IMG/VR virus record: IMGVR_UViG_3300033147_000418
Span: 2,193 to 66,192 of that record
Reading direction: 5' to 3' (one strand)
Origin: a virus
Taxonomy: Duplodnaviria; Caudoviricetes
DNA length: 64,000 nt
Below the pieces are notes generated by a model. The model did no database searches, was not told the DNA's origin, and worked only from the letters and a program-made list of their open reading frames with translations. The position numbers and the translations under genes were made by a program. Shown piece after piece: positions 39,009-48,840 of this stretch (position 1 is the first letter of the stretch; every line of letters begins with the position of its first letter).

Positions 39009-40013
39009 TTACCCGAGATCAGCCGGGTCCTTCGACAAGAATAGAAAAGTCGAGAGAATTTTACCAGATAGCGATGATTTGAGCTGGTTGAGCTCTGACT
39101 GGATCCCTGGCAGTGGGGGCGTCGACGGGCCCCAGGCCGTGTTGACCTGGAGTCTGTTGATGATGTCGATGAGTTTGCTGAGCTCGTCGACCAGTTGCTG
39201 GCCGAGGACGGCGGGTTCGTCCGCGCTTTCGCCACCCCACTGATATTTGGGGCCCTCGCCAACCCACGATCCGTCGTTCTTGTAGGACTCTCTGGTAACG
39301 ATCGTGGCGGACTCTTGCCCGCCGGCAATGGTCACCGAGGCTAGCGTAAGCCGCCGGCGCGAACCATTCGACAAGGTTCCGTGCTCTACTCTGAACCTGT
39401 CGTAGGAGGCGCCCACCTGGTCGAGAAACTGCTCCGAGTGCTGGGTTTGCGGGGCTGTGTCCCCGGGGGTTAGCCGGCCTTGGCTCGCGAGATACCCGTC
39501 CGCACTCTTGCGGAGGTTGGCCGCACGAAGCGATGCCTGGTTGTTCGAGGGGTTCAGTAAGAGGCTGGTCCCAGCCCCGCCCTCGAAGATCACTGCGCCG
39601 CCTCGCTTCAGGATCATGCTCGCGCCGCCCGCGGTCCTGTAGACCTTGTCGCCGGGAACGGCGTTGTCGTCGGGGTTCCCTACCTCGGGCGGGTCATCGG
39701 TGTCGTCATCGAACTGAGGGAGGGCCTGAAATCCACAAACGAAGAGCTGCTTCCCGTCGTTGGTTCCGAGTGCTACGCAGGCGGCGCCGGCGCGAGGTTT
39801 CGTCGCCTCCCCTCGACCATTCGCGTCGGCGTCTGGCGATAGGATGTGGGCGTCCGGAACAGAGATACCGCAGGTTGAGTTGAATCGGTAAGTCCCTGGG
39901 TGGTTTGAATTCTCCTCCCCGAGAGTCCCGAAGAAGATCTTGTTCTGTGCGCCGGCGCCAAGCAGTTCCCATGGGTTGCCCACAGGGGCATGGTACCCCA
40001 AACCACGCATCAA
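39009..40013 (-). CDS. putative baseplate central spike (gpV/gp45-like)
   Basis: OB-like N-region, PGDKVYRTAGGASMIL, and C-terminal EPAVLGQQL...GPSTPP. Confidence 0.55.
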   Translation of the reverse strand: MMRGLGYHAPVGNPWELLGAGAQNKIFFGTLGEENSNHPGTYRFNSTCGISVPDAHILSPDADANGRGEATKPRAGAACVALGTNDGKQLFVCGFQALPQFDDDTDDPPEVGNPDDNAVPGDKVYRTAGGASMILKRGGAVIFEGGAGTSLLLNPSNNQASLRAANLRKSADGYLASQGRLTPGDTAPQTQHSEQFLDQVGASYDRFRVEHGTLSNGSRRRLTLASVTIAGGQESATIVTRESYKNDGSWVGEGPKYQWGGESADEPAVLGQQLVDELSKLIDIINRLQVNTAWGPSTPPLPGIQSELNQLKSSLSGKILSTFLFLSKDPADLG

Positions 40014-40018
40014 CTAAG

Positions 40019-40035
40019 GGCATAAGCATTTCGAG
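40019..40035 (+). promoter_or_regulatory. putative phage promoter GGYATAAG-N6-G
   Basis: GGCATAAGcatttcGAG upstream of ssb. Confidence 0.55.
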
Positions 40036-40070
40036 AGGGCAATCACGCCCAGTGAAGCATAAGGAACAGC

Positions 40071-40505
40071 ATGTCAGCCAACGTCAACAAAGTAATCCTG
40101 GTCGGCAACCTTGGGGCCGATCCAGACCTGCGTCACACGTCCAACGGAACTGCGGTTTGCGAACTGCGGCTCGCTACCAACGAGAGTTGGACCGACAAGG
40201 ATGGCAAGAAACAGGAGCGCACCGAGTGGCACCGCCTCGTAGCGTGGGACAAACTTGGAGAGATCTGCGCCGAGCATCTCTCCAAGGGGCGGCAAATCTT
40301 CGTCGAGGGGCGCTTGCGTACGCGCAAGTGGGAGGACAAGGACGGCAACGATCGCTGGACGACCGAGATCGTCGCGAAGGACGTCCAGTTCCTCGGGAGC
40401 AAGGATGACGGGGGCAGTGGGGGCGGAGGAAGCAGCAGCTCTCGCAGCGACGATGATGCTCCGCCGTCCTACAATGGCGGCTCCGTGGATGACATTCCGT
40501 TCTAG
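40071..40505 (+). CDS. ssb: single-stranded DNA-binding protein
   Basis: [14 protein letters not shown]...TEWHR...[16 protein letters not shown]...DDIPF. Confidence 0.97.
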   Translation: MSANVNKVILVGNLGADPDLRHTSNGTAVCELRLATNESWTDKDGKKQERTEWHRLVAWDKLGEICAEHLSKGRQIFVEGRLRTRKWEDKDGNDRWTTEIVAKDVQFLGSKDDGGSGGGGSSSSRSDDDAPPSYNGGSVDDIPF

Positions 40506-40520
40506 AGAGAGGACGGCTCG

Positions 40521-40952
40521 ATGTTCTATCACGCGAGACAAGCCACCTACCCCGCAGGGGTCACCGACGTGGGGGTCCTGCTCTCTCTGCCAGAGCCGAT
40601 GAAGCCCGTCGTTGCCTCGTGGCACATGTTGCCAAAGGCTCTCGTGAGCCTTCGGGGGATCACCACCGGCGTGGTCGATCTCGACCTGGCCGGCGAAGTC
40701 CTCGACTTCGATATTCGCAAGCATGGCGATCGCCTCGAGCAGGTGCTCGGATCCTACGATGCAGCCGACGGCGAGTGCGAGCTGGGGCACGACTCGGACT
40801 TCGTCGAGCAGCTCGAGGCGATCATCGCCTGGGCCTGCTCCCTTGGAGAACACTGCTCCTCCAAGAGCGTTCGAGATCAACTGCAGACGCTGGCGCGGCC
40901 AGAGCAGTACGACTTCGAGCTCGCGGATATCCTCAGCGCTGCGTCGAGGTAG
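40521..40952 (+). CDS. hypothetical protein
   Basis: SD GAGGA; acidic, 143 aa. Confidence 0.65.
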   Translation: MFYHARQATYPAGVTDVGVLLSLPEPMKPVVASWHMLPKALVSLRGITTGVVDLDLAGEVLDFDIRKHGDRLEQVLGSYDAADGECELGHDSDFVEQLEAIIAWACSLGEHCSSKSVRDQLQTLARPEQYDFELADILSAASR

Positions 40953-40961
40953 ACTAGCGAT

Positions 40962-41414
40962 ATGGACGTCGAGCAAGTTGCCGCTAAGGCCAGGGAGGCG
41001 CTGCTGTCGACGGCGCCAGAGCACGTACGCAGGCTTGGGGGGATTCTCCGGGGCTGCATCGAGAGCGGAAAGCACGACAAGCTCAAAACCTTCCTCGAGG
41101 AGGAAGGCTTAGATGTCGACGTGACCCTCATGGGAGAGTTCCGTGATGTCCTGATCGTCGGAAGAATCGACCTGATGGACTTGGTCCCCGCCGCGCGCGA
41201 ACGACTGCGTACGCGAACACTCGCCAATCAGCCACCGGACTCGATGACAGACGAATACCGTGCCGCTGAGGCGGCAGGCAAGAAGCTGCACTGTCGCGAT
41301 TGCAGATACTTTGTCGTTCCGCCCAGGGACGGAACCGACGAAGCCGACAAGGCGTGCGTCGAGTTCGGGACCAAGGGGATCGACAAAGCCTGCTTCGGCT
41401 TTCTATCGAGCTAG
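40962..41414 (+). CDS. hypothetical protein with a C-terminal Cys cluster
   Basis: CRDCRYF...C...C..F. Confidence 0.65.
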   Translation: MDVEQVAAKAREALLSTAPEHVRRLGGILRGCIESGKHDKLKTFLEEEGLDVDVTLMGEFRDVLIVGRIDLMDLVPAARERLRTRTLANQPPDSMTDEYRAAEAAGKKLHCRDCRYFVVPPRDGTDEADKACVEFGTKGIDKACFGFLSS

Positions 41415-41420
41415 CACAGT

Positions 41421-41461
41421 GGGGGAGGGGTCGGGTGGTTCCCCCCTCCCCCCTTTTTAGC
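41421..41461 (+). terminator. hairpin terminator with TTTTTAGC
   Basis: GGGGGAGGGG...CCCCTCCCCC stem, then TTTTTAGC. Confidence 0.7.
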
Positions 41462-42563
41462 CTGCCTTGGCGATTCGGAACCCTCTTTGAGGGTTGTACA
41501 AGGACTCGAGAAGGTCTTTGTAGTAGGCGAGGTTTGACGGGGGCTTGGCCTGAGTGCGCCCTCGAGCGGTCGCGTTGAGCCGTGAGTTGGGCTTGATATC
41601 CTTCGGCTTCGGGGGGGTGGCTCCGCCGATACGCCATGCTGCCGCCGCGCTGTTGCGCAAGACGCCAGGGGCTTTGATCTCGGCACCAATCTGCGCAGCG
41701 GTTTTCGAGCCTTCCTCGCGACGCCTGTGGAGCGCCTTGACGAGGTTGCGCGCAACCACGGTTGCGATGATCGGCGCTGCCGCACTCGCGATGTACGTCC
41801 CGAACGCCGGCGCGAGCTCCTTGATTGCGCGAAGGGTCCCGATGTTGTGGAGCTTCGCCCCCCTTACGGCCCGAAGCGACGCGCGCCCTTCCTCCGCCAG
41901 CTCGGGCAGCATGGTCGCGCCGACGAACTCCGGTGCGTGGTCGTACGCAAACCGACGCGCGCGCGAGGCGTCTTCGTCGGGCGGCAGCAAAACGTTGCCG
42001 AGCGCAGCGTATCTTGCCAGCGCTCCAGCCCGCCCGCGTTGCCCGAGCCCCATTCCGATGTCCTGAACGAGTCGCCGAGCGCGAACGCTTCCCCGGATAG
42101 GGGCAGCGTGCCCGATCTCATGGAAGGCGTGGGGGACCGACGACCTGGTCAACCCAATGTGCGAGGGAAGATCTGGTACGTCGCGCTTCAGAACACGCTG
42201 ATAGAAAGTCTTTAGCCGATTCGTTGGAAGCTCTTTGTCGTAAAAATACGATTGCCCAGGCACAACTGACGACTTGATGGGCTCGACTACTCCACTTTTT
42301 TCAGCGAAGCGTTTGATTGCTTTGACTTCGGCTCGTGTGAACTCTGCGATGCGCGCGAGCGGTGTCTCTCCGTCGGCCTTGATAGATTTCCCGCTTGCCA
42401 GAAGATCAGTGAGGCCGCTCGGCAAGTCGCTGAGCAGTTGCCGGGTAATGCGCGGGAGACCTTCGTACACGGCTGCGCCAGCAAGCGCAGGGGCGACGCC
42501 GAGTTCTTTGCGGATCGCATTCTCGCGCTTGATTACGGACGGACGCTTCTCGCTTTTTGGCAT
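41457..42563 (-). CDS. HExxH zinc metallopeptidase-like virion protein (paralog of 20999..22423)
   Basis: FHEIGHA...DHAPE..GAT...EEGRAS...LAPAFGTY; SKTAA; TGATG coupling to the RNAP stop. Confidence 0.65.
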   Translation of the reverse strand: MPKSEKRPSVIKRENAIRKELGVAPALAGAAVYEGLPRITRQLLSDLPSGLTDLLASGKSIKADGETPLARIAEFTRAEVKAIKRFAEKSGVVEPIKSSVVPGQSYFYDKELPTNRLKTFYQRVLKRDVPDLPSHIGLTRSSVPHAFHEIGHAAPIRGSVRARRLVQDIGMGLGQRGRAGALARYAALGNVLLPPDEDASRARRFAYDHAPEFVGATMLPELAEEGRASLRAVRGAKLHNIGTLRAIKELAPAFGTYIASAAAPIIATVVARNLVKALHRRREEGSKTAAQIGAEIKAPGVLRNSAAAAWRIGGATPPKPKDIKPNSRLNATARGRTQAKPPSNLAYYKDLLESLYNPQRGFRIAKAG

Positions 42564-45500
42564 CAATACACGCCTTCCGTCTTGGATCGGCTGGTGGTTT
42601 TAGCTTTGCCCTGCAGGTCGAGCCCACCCTCTGCACCAAACTCTGCACCGTAGACGAATGAGGGGACGGGTGCATACCCGTGGATGTCTGACTCTTCTCC
42701 CTCGGTGGCTCCGCGGACGAGCGACTCGACAAGCTTGCGATATCCGAGTTGGCTCATCCAATCCTTCCTGAGCATCGGAACTCGCTCAATCCCGTGGAGC
42801 TCAGGCAGGTCGATGATCGGCCGGGGGCCAACCTCGACCTCGGATTTGCCAGCACGCTGGATCAACGTCTTCGTTCGCTCGTCGATTATGCGCCCCTTCT
42901 TGGCGCCCGGAATGTCTTCCTTCAAGATGTGGCCGACCACATCGTCGACCGACATCTTGCCCAATGACTGCTCGTTGAATGAGCGAACCTCCGTCCAGGG
43001 CGCGAGTTCGTTCCTGAGGTATGAGCTCCCTCCAGGGTCAAGGATCTTGGTCGTGTTTCCGATTGACCGGAGAACCGTCTCTATGTTGCGCCGTTTGATA
43101 GGAGCGCCTTGCTTGTCGTAGGCATCCTGGATTTCCCCGGAGATGTAACTCAATGCTGTTGGCAGATCCTTGGTTAGCTCGACGAGCTCCTTTGGCTCAA
43201 CGATGCCGTCGGACAGGATCTGCCCCTTGGTCACAACGCTACCCGTGCGAATTCTGCTGGAGTTCCACTCTGGCTCGGGAATGAAAACTGGCTTGGGGTT
43301 TCCTTTCTTGTCGACGGCTCCATCGATGAACACATTTCGTCCGCGGCCGTCGGGGTCTTTCTCGATCCGCTGCACTCGCCCGGCAGCTGGTGCCAACATC
43401 GCCTTGCCCTGCTTGACTTTGTACATCTTGAAGAGCTTGTCGATTTTCGCGTAGCCGCTGATAGCCGTCCTGGTGCCAGAGATGCCGCCCTGATGGAACG
43501 TTCGCATTGTCATCTGCGTGAGTGGTTCGGACAGCGACTGACCGGCGACTGCCCCGATGTTGTCCCCGATGGCCGGAAGCGTGCCAAACTCGTTCAGGCC
43601 GTAGCATTTTGCGCAGGTCCCCTTTGGCATCTTGCACATGATAGGGGAGCGAACGTCGATCTGCTCGATCTTGCGCTTCTGTAGCTCGGCAAGCATCACC
43701 GAGGTCACCGCGTCGCCAGCCTTCGCGAGCACCCGTCCGCCGACTCGGATGTCCTTGGACAAGAAGCGGTCCTCCACATCCACGCTCTCAGTGGGCAGCT
43801 TGAGTCCCTCAGTCGTCATGCAGTCATCCTTCGAGACGACGTTGGTAATCGCGGCGGCCATGATGTCTTTGTTGAACGCACCGGGGTTCGCCGTCTGGAG
43901 CTGCTTATCGACCGCAGACGCCCGCGCTCCATAGAGCGTGCTCCAGTAGTCGGAGAACGGGAGACCCGCCGCGAATGACGTCGTGATTGGGATGGGGCTT
44001 GGATTCCCCCTGTGGTCATCGACCATGAACGGCGCCGAGACGATCTGCTTGAGCTGGTTCATGTTGCCTCGCGCGCCGGAGCGAACCATCAAACGGAAGT
44101 TGTTGCCTTGCTTGTCGAGGCTCTTCTCTACAATCGCGTCGATTTCCTCGTTGACCGCATCTAGCTTGTCCGCCGCCGCCTCTCGCCCCTTCTTGGTGTC
44201 GAGCCGCAAAGCGGAGACTTCGGCAAATGTCTTCTTGAAGAGAGCGTCCTTCTCCGGGATCGGAGGGAGAAGATCGTTGAGGCTAACGGTAACTCCGAAG
44301 TTGTACGCGTGGTCGTCGCCGAGCCTCTTGAGCTTGTCGACTACGTCGCCGTACTCGTTCGGAAGTTCATCGGCTACCGACTTGACCATCCCGTCGAGAA
44401 CCTCCTGGGTGAGCACCTTGCCACCGAACTCCTTGCTGGTTTTGGGCGGAAGCACCGCTGCGATCTGCTTGCGGAGCTTCGGGTCCTTCGACATCAAGTA
44501 GAGGCCAAGCGAAGATTCGTTCTGTGGCGCGATCATGACCCGGCCCGTTCCCGGGTTGTATAAATGCTTCGAGGGGAGCATCCCTTCCGCCTCACGGATC
44601 GCATCGTCGAGTATGGGAACGTGGACGGTCATCGCGTCGCCATCAAAGTCGGCGTTGAACCCCTTGACGACCAGCGGAGGAATCTTGATCGCTTTCCCGT
44701 CGGTCACTTGTGGCTTGAAGGCCATGATGGAGAACTTGTGGAGCGACGGGGCTCTATTCAAGATTACCGGCCGCTTCTGCATCTCCTGGGTAAGCATCGC
44801 CGCGGCCGCGGCGGACCTATCCGCAACCGCCTCCTGCGCCTCCTGCGGGCTCATGCCGCCGTGCACAACTAGGCGCCGGCGAACGAAGGGGCTGTAGAGC
44901 TTCCACGACATGTCGAGCGGGAGTCCCACCTCGTCGAGTCCGAGCTTGGGCTCAGGGATGATCGTCCCGCGCCCAACCAGGTCTTGCCGCCGGCTGACTA
45001 GCTTGTCCTGGAAGAAACCCGTCTTAGGACTGGTGCCCTTGATTTGTTCAACGATGCCCTTGGGGCGGCGCTTCTCCGGATAGTAGGCGATCGGCGAAGT
45101 GAATCCAGCGAGAGCTTTGGTCCCCTCGTACAGCTTGCCTCTCCACTGCGCCTTGATGGCATCGGTGATGAACGGGACTTCGTTCTGCCACTTGAGCTCG
45201 TTGTTGATGAGGCCGATGTCGCGGTAGAGGTTGTTCAGCCCCGGCACGGACAGGTCGCCATCGGCCATTTCTATGATCGGGCGAAACACGGGCGGCATGA
45301 CCGGGATTTTGGTTTGAAGGTATGCATCCTCCGGCCGAACCCCCAGCTTCTTCAGAGCGCGGAGATACTTAATCTTCGTGTGCGCTCGATTCAGCTTCGT
45401 GGTGCCCCGCGCCTTCTTTGCTTCATCGGTCCAGTGAGCCAGTTCCGTGTCAACATCGATCTTTGAAAGCAGGTACTTGAACGCTGCGCCACCGGTAAGG

Positions 45501-48500
45501 CCTTGTTCGGCGAACTCCCCGGTCTCGGGGTCGATGAAGACTTCTCCTCGGATCAGTCCCTCGAACTGCGCCTTCTTCAGCTCCGTTTTCTTTGGTCCGA
45601 TGTCGATTAGCTTCTTGATGGGGGTTTCGAACACGGGATTCGGGATCGGCTCCGCGAGCTCGATGTGCCCCCAGCGAGTGCCTTCCCTGCCCCCGAAGAT
45701 TTGCCGGTCCATCAAGCCGGTCTTCATCTCGCTCATCTTCCCCGAGTAGATGAATACAGGCGACTCCACCTCACCATTGCTCAGGCTGGCCGTCTCCTTG
45801 TCCGTCATGGGGCCAACAACCAGCCTTGAGCCGTTTCGCTCCACGTTTACGCCCGCGGCCTTCAAGTAGGCTTCGAACTTCCGATAGGCGAAAGTCGGCT
45901 TTGGTGGCGGGGGAGCCTGAATGCCCGTGTGCTCCGCGGTGCCGGTCAACCAGGTCCAGAAGTCCTCGTTCTTCTCCGCCTTGTACGTCGCCATCTCTCG
46001 AAGGTTTGCTCGCGCGCCGTGCGCCAGCATCGAGTACATCGAGATCATGTCGAGAGACTTCGAGCCGTCGTCTCCACCGCGCAAAGGCTGGCGGTTGATG
46101 TCGTATTTTCCATCGTCGCGCGCCGAAAACTGAGACGTTGCCTGCTTCGACAGCTTGAGGATGTACTGGGGGCCGACAAGCACCTCGCCGAGAGGCTTCT
46201 TGCTCTTCGGATCGTAAAGCGTTTCGACGTCTGAAATACCCGCAACGGCGAGGGCCTTCTTCACGGTTACGGCGTGATTTTCACCGTTGAAGTTATCCAC
46301 CGCGTACGGCTTCTTGCCGAGGTCCGCGATCTTGGCTGCCGCTGTTTCAAGCAGCTGCGAAGGGTTGATCCTACTCACCACGCCGGCGGGGTTCAGCAGG
46401 ATATCGACAGGCTTCCCATCGGCTGTGTGTGGTGCGTCACTGACCGGGATGATGCGCGTGATGATGCCCTTGCCGCCGTGTCGGTTGGTCAGCTTGTCGC
46501 CGATTTGCGCAGGCTCTTCGGTCTTCACGTAGACCTTGACGCGCTGCCCTTCCTTCACGACGTCAATGACCGTACCGACCGCATCCCCATGCCAGGTTTC
46601 CTCAAAGCCTAGAACCTCCTTGTGGGTCTTCAGCATCCGCTTAGCGGTGATGATCTCCGGGTCGTACTTGTTCTGGCGAACGCCTGCCCAGAGCGGGTCT
46701 CCCTTGTGGATCTTCGTCCCCTTCTTGATCACCCCATCGTCGTCCAACATAGCGAGCAACTCAGGTGAAAGCCCGTTCGCCTTGTGCGCGCGGTATTTGG
46801 CTTTGGACAGCTCCGAGCTGCCCTCGATCTTGAACACGTATTCGTGCAGATGTTCGCTGGTGAGCTGCTCGGCCGCATCCTCCGTGATGACGATCCCGTC
46901 TTCGAAGTTGTAGCCTTTCCACGGGATGTACGCGGCGCGCAAGTTCGTGCCCAACGCGAGCGTCCCGTCCCTGGTGAAGTTCGAGTCCGCAAGCACGTCG
47001 CCCGCGCCGACTTCGTCGCCCGGCTTCACCGTAGGTGTCGCGTTGAGAAAGGCTTTGTTGTTGAGGGGCAGGTTGTTGTAGACCGGGTATTCGACATCTC
47101 GCCCCCGGGTGGTGATAACGATCTTGGTCTTCGACACGCTCTTGACGACGCCGGCGTCGATTGAGCGAATCGAAAAGCCTGAACCCAAAGCGTCCTCGAT
47201 CGTGCCACGGCCGATCTTGACCTGGACAAGCGGGGCTTGGCGATGCTTGAGGGGGATAGCCTGCTCGAGCATCTTCGTCGCCATCTGTGCGCGAACGCCC
47301 TGCGCCGACGCCAGGAACGGGATCGTGTTCGACGCGACAGAGAATGCCTGGCGCGCGCTCTTCAGCACCACGTCGACCTTCTTTGGGTCAACCAGCTGAT
47401 GTTCGCCGGCCACGAGGGCCTTGACCTTCTTGCCAATGGGTTTTCCATCAGGGAACTGGTCGGGGAAAGAGAGAACCAGATCCTTCATCTCCGAAGGAGA
47501 GACCCTGCGCGTGGACTTCTTTCGTCGGTCGTAAACGAGGGTCATCAGCTGATCGCCGCTCTTGGTTACCCCGACAGGAAGAGTCATCACCAGCCCGATG
47601 TTCTCTGAGTCCGGCGTGTGAATAGGATCGATGAAGCCTGCCTGCGACGGATGGAGCGAATGCGCTGCATTCCCGGCGCGCTGGGCGCTGGCCAACCCCC
47701 CTTCGCCCAGTACCGTGATCTTGGACATTCCGTTGATCATGTTGAGCGGGTTGGTTTGATCGGTGGTGTTCGAGAGCGCGCTGCTGGTAAAAAACGAGTC
47801 GATGATCGGCGAGAGAGCGCTTGGGCGAATGACGTCCTTGACGGCCTCTGGCTTGTATCTGTAGCTGCGCAGCTTCTTGAGGATCCCCTTCCGAAACCCC
47901 TCCATCACGGGAGTGAGTTCACCGTTCTCCTTGATGAACCGTTCCTTGATGAGGTCGGAAACGCTAAGCGTTTTCTTGTACTCGAGCGCATGGCGGTCGT
48001 CCGGTCGCCGATCCCCGGTGGTAGCGAGCATGACCTGCTTCGCTGCGTCGGCCAAAACTTCGCCACTGACCTTCTTGTACCGAACGCCGACCGTCTCCTC
48101 GGTTACGTTGGGATCCAACACCGCTTCTGCAAACTGCTCGCGGAGCTTCTCTACGGCCTGGTCGGCCGACACGTACTCCCCCGGGTGCAAAGCCTTCGCG
48201 ATACTGATGACAGACTGAGCACTTTTCTTTTCGCTGATGGCCTTGTTCGCCGCGAGCGTCGACTCGCCCCACTTTTTTGCCAGCAGCGAATCTGAGATTC
48301 CGAGCCTGGACAAGAGCGGATAGAGAGGCCACGCGCTGGATCCGCGCACAACGCTGAACTTGCCAGTAGCAACGTCCATCTCGATCCCGAACGAGCGCCC
48401 CGTCGTCATCACCTCCGCTTTCATGTCGCGGCTCTTCTTCTGGGTGACGTAGATGCCCGGGCGACGACGCAACTGGTTGTAGACCTGGTAGTGCTTGCCG

Positions 48501-48820
48501 TTGACGATGAAGCTGCCGAGTGTCGTGTTTTTGGGGAGGATGGCCAGCCGTATCTTCGGTTCGCGCGAGAGAACCTTCCCGGTGTTTCGGTCTATGAGCT
48601 CGACGTCGGCGTAAACCGGAACGCCCCAGGTCTTGTCCTTGCGCGAAGCGTCGCGCTGCCCTTTCCAGTCCTGCGGGTCCTTGTTGTCGTTGACCCAAAC
48701 CTTCCTGGCTCGCAGCGACAGCCCCGCCTTCGCCGCGTCTGCGGTGAGAGCCTTCGTGAACGCCTGCGCGACGTTCTTTTTGATGAGCTCAAATTGGCCG
48801 TCGTAGTCGAAGGTCTCCAT
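42563..48820 (-). CDS. rpoBC: single-chain DNA-directed RNA polymerase, beta-beta' fusion (~2085 aa)
   Basis: Beta motifs GSFIVNG, DQTNPL, TPDSENIGL, GYNFEDG, GDKLTNRHGGKG, NPAGVVSRIN; beta' motifs GHIELA, NRAPSLH, NADFDGD, SGARG, CAKCYG, MRTFHQGG, all in one frame. Start is ATG 48820 or GTG 48832. Confidence 0.95.
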   Translation of the reverse strand: METFDYDGQFELIKKNVAQAFTKALTADAAKAGLSLRARKVWVNDNKDPQDWKGQRDASRKDKTWGVPVYADVELIDRNTGKVLSREPKIRLAILPKNTTLGSFIVNGKHYQVYNQLRRRPGIYVTQKKSRDMKAEVMTTGRSFGIEMDVATGKFSVVRGSSAWPLYPLLSRLGISDSLLAKKWGESTLAANKAISEKKSAQSVISIAKALHPGEYVSADQAVEKLREQFAEAVLDPNVTEETVGVRYKKVSGEVLADAAKQVMLATTGDRRPDDRHALEYKKTLSVSDLIKERFIKENGELTPVMEGFRKGILKKLRSYRYKPEAVKDVIRPSALSPIIDSFFTSSALSNTTDQTNPLNMINGMSKITVLGEGGLASAQRAGNAAHSLHPSQAGFIDPIHTPDSENIGLVMTLPVGVTKSGDQLMTLVYDRRKKSTRRVSPSEMKDLVLSFPDQFPDGKPIGKKVKALVAGEHQLVDPKKVDVVLKSARQAFSVASNTIPFLASAQGVRAQMATKMLEQAIPLKHRQAPLVQVKIGRGTIEDALGSGFSIRSIDAGVVKSVSKTKIVITTRGRDVEYPVYNNLPLNNKAFLNATPTVKPGDEVGAGDVLADSNFTRDGTLALGTNLRAAYIPWKGYNFEDGIVITEDAAEQLTSEHLHEYVFKIEGSSELSKAKYRAHKANGLSPELLAMLDDDGVIKKGTKIHKGDPLWAGVRQNKYDPEIITAKRMLKTHKEVLGFEETWHGDAVGTVIDVVKEGQRVKVYVKTEEPAQIGDKLTNRHGGKGIITRIIPVSDAPHTADGKPVDILLNPAGVVSRINPSQLLETAAAKIADLGKKPYAVDNFNGENHAVTVKKALAVAGISDVETLYDPKSKKPLGEVLVGPQYILKLSKQATSQFSARDDGKYDINRQPLRGGDDGSKSLDMISMYSMLAHGARANLREMATYKAEKNEDFWTWLTGTAEHTGIQAPPPPKPTFAYRKFEAYLKAAGVNVERNGSRLVVGPMTDKETASLSNGEVESPVFIYSGKMSEMKTGLMDRQIFGGREGTRWGHIELAEPIPNPVFETPIKKLIDIGPKKTELKKAQFEGLIRGEVFIDPETGEFAEQGLTGGAAFKYLLSKIDVDTELAHWTDEAKKARGTTKLNRAHTKIKYLRALKKLGVRPEDAYLQTKIPVMPPVFRPIIEMADGDLSVPGLNNLYRDIGLINNELKWQNEVPFITDAIKAQWRGKLYEGTKALAGFTSPIAYYPEKRRPKGIVEQIKGTSPKTGFFQDKLVSRRQDLVGRGTIIPEPKLGLDEVGLPLDMSWKLYSPFVRRRLVVHGGMSPQEAQEAVADRSAAAAAMLTQEMQKRPVILNRAPSLHKFSIMAFKPQVTDGKAIKIPPLVVKGFNADFDGDAMTVHVPILDDAIREAEGMLPSKHLYNPGTGRVMIAPQNESSLGLYLMSKDPKLRKQIAAVLPPKTSKEFGGKVLTQEVLDGMVKSVADELPNEYGDVVDKLKRLGDDHAYNFGVTVSLNDLLPPIPEKDALFKKTFAEVSALRLDTKKGREAAADKLDAVNEEIDAIVEKSLDKQGNNFRLMVRSGARGNMNQLKQIVSAPFMVDDHRGNPSPIPITTSFAAGLPFSDYWSTLYGARASAVDKQLQTANPGAFNKDIMAAAITNVVSKDDCMTTEGLKLPTESVDVEDRFLSKDIRVGGRVLAKAGDAVTSVMLAELQKRKIEQIDVRSPIMCKMPKGTCAKCYGLNEFGTLPAIGDNIGAVAGQSLSEPLTQMTMRTFHQGGISGTRTAISGYAKIDKLFKMYKVKQGKAMLAPAAGRVQRIEKDPDGRGRNVFIDGAVDKKGNPKPVFIPEPEWNSSRIRTGSVVTKGQILSDGIVEPKELVELTKDLPTALSYISGEIQDAYDKQGAPIKRRNIETVLRSIGNTTKILDPGGSSYLRNELAPWTEVRSFNEQSLGKMSVDDVVGHILKEDIPGAKKGRIIDERTKTLIQRAGKSEVEVGPRPIIDLPELHGIERVPMLRKDWMSQLGYRKLVESLVRGATEGEESDIHGYAPVPSFVYGAEFGAEGGLDLQGKAKTTSRSKTEGVY

Positions 48821-48840
48821 CAAGGCACTCACGTTGTTGC

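Noticed and set aside
42563-48820. Interpretation as the host chromosomal rpoBC locus
   Set aside because: No flanking rplL/rpsL or other ribosomal protein genes; the neighbours are phage structural genes and the sequence is reduced and diverged.
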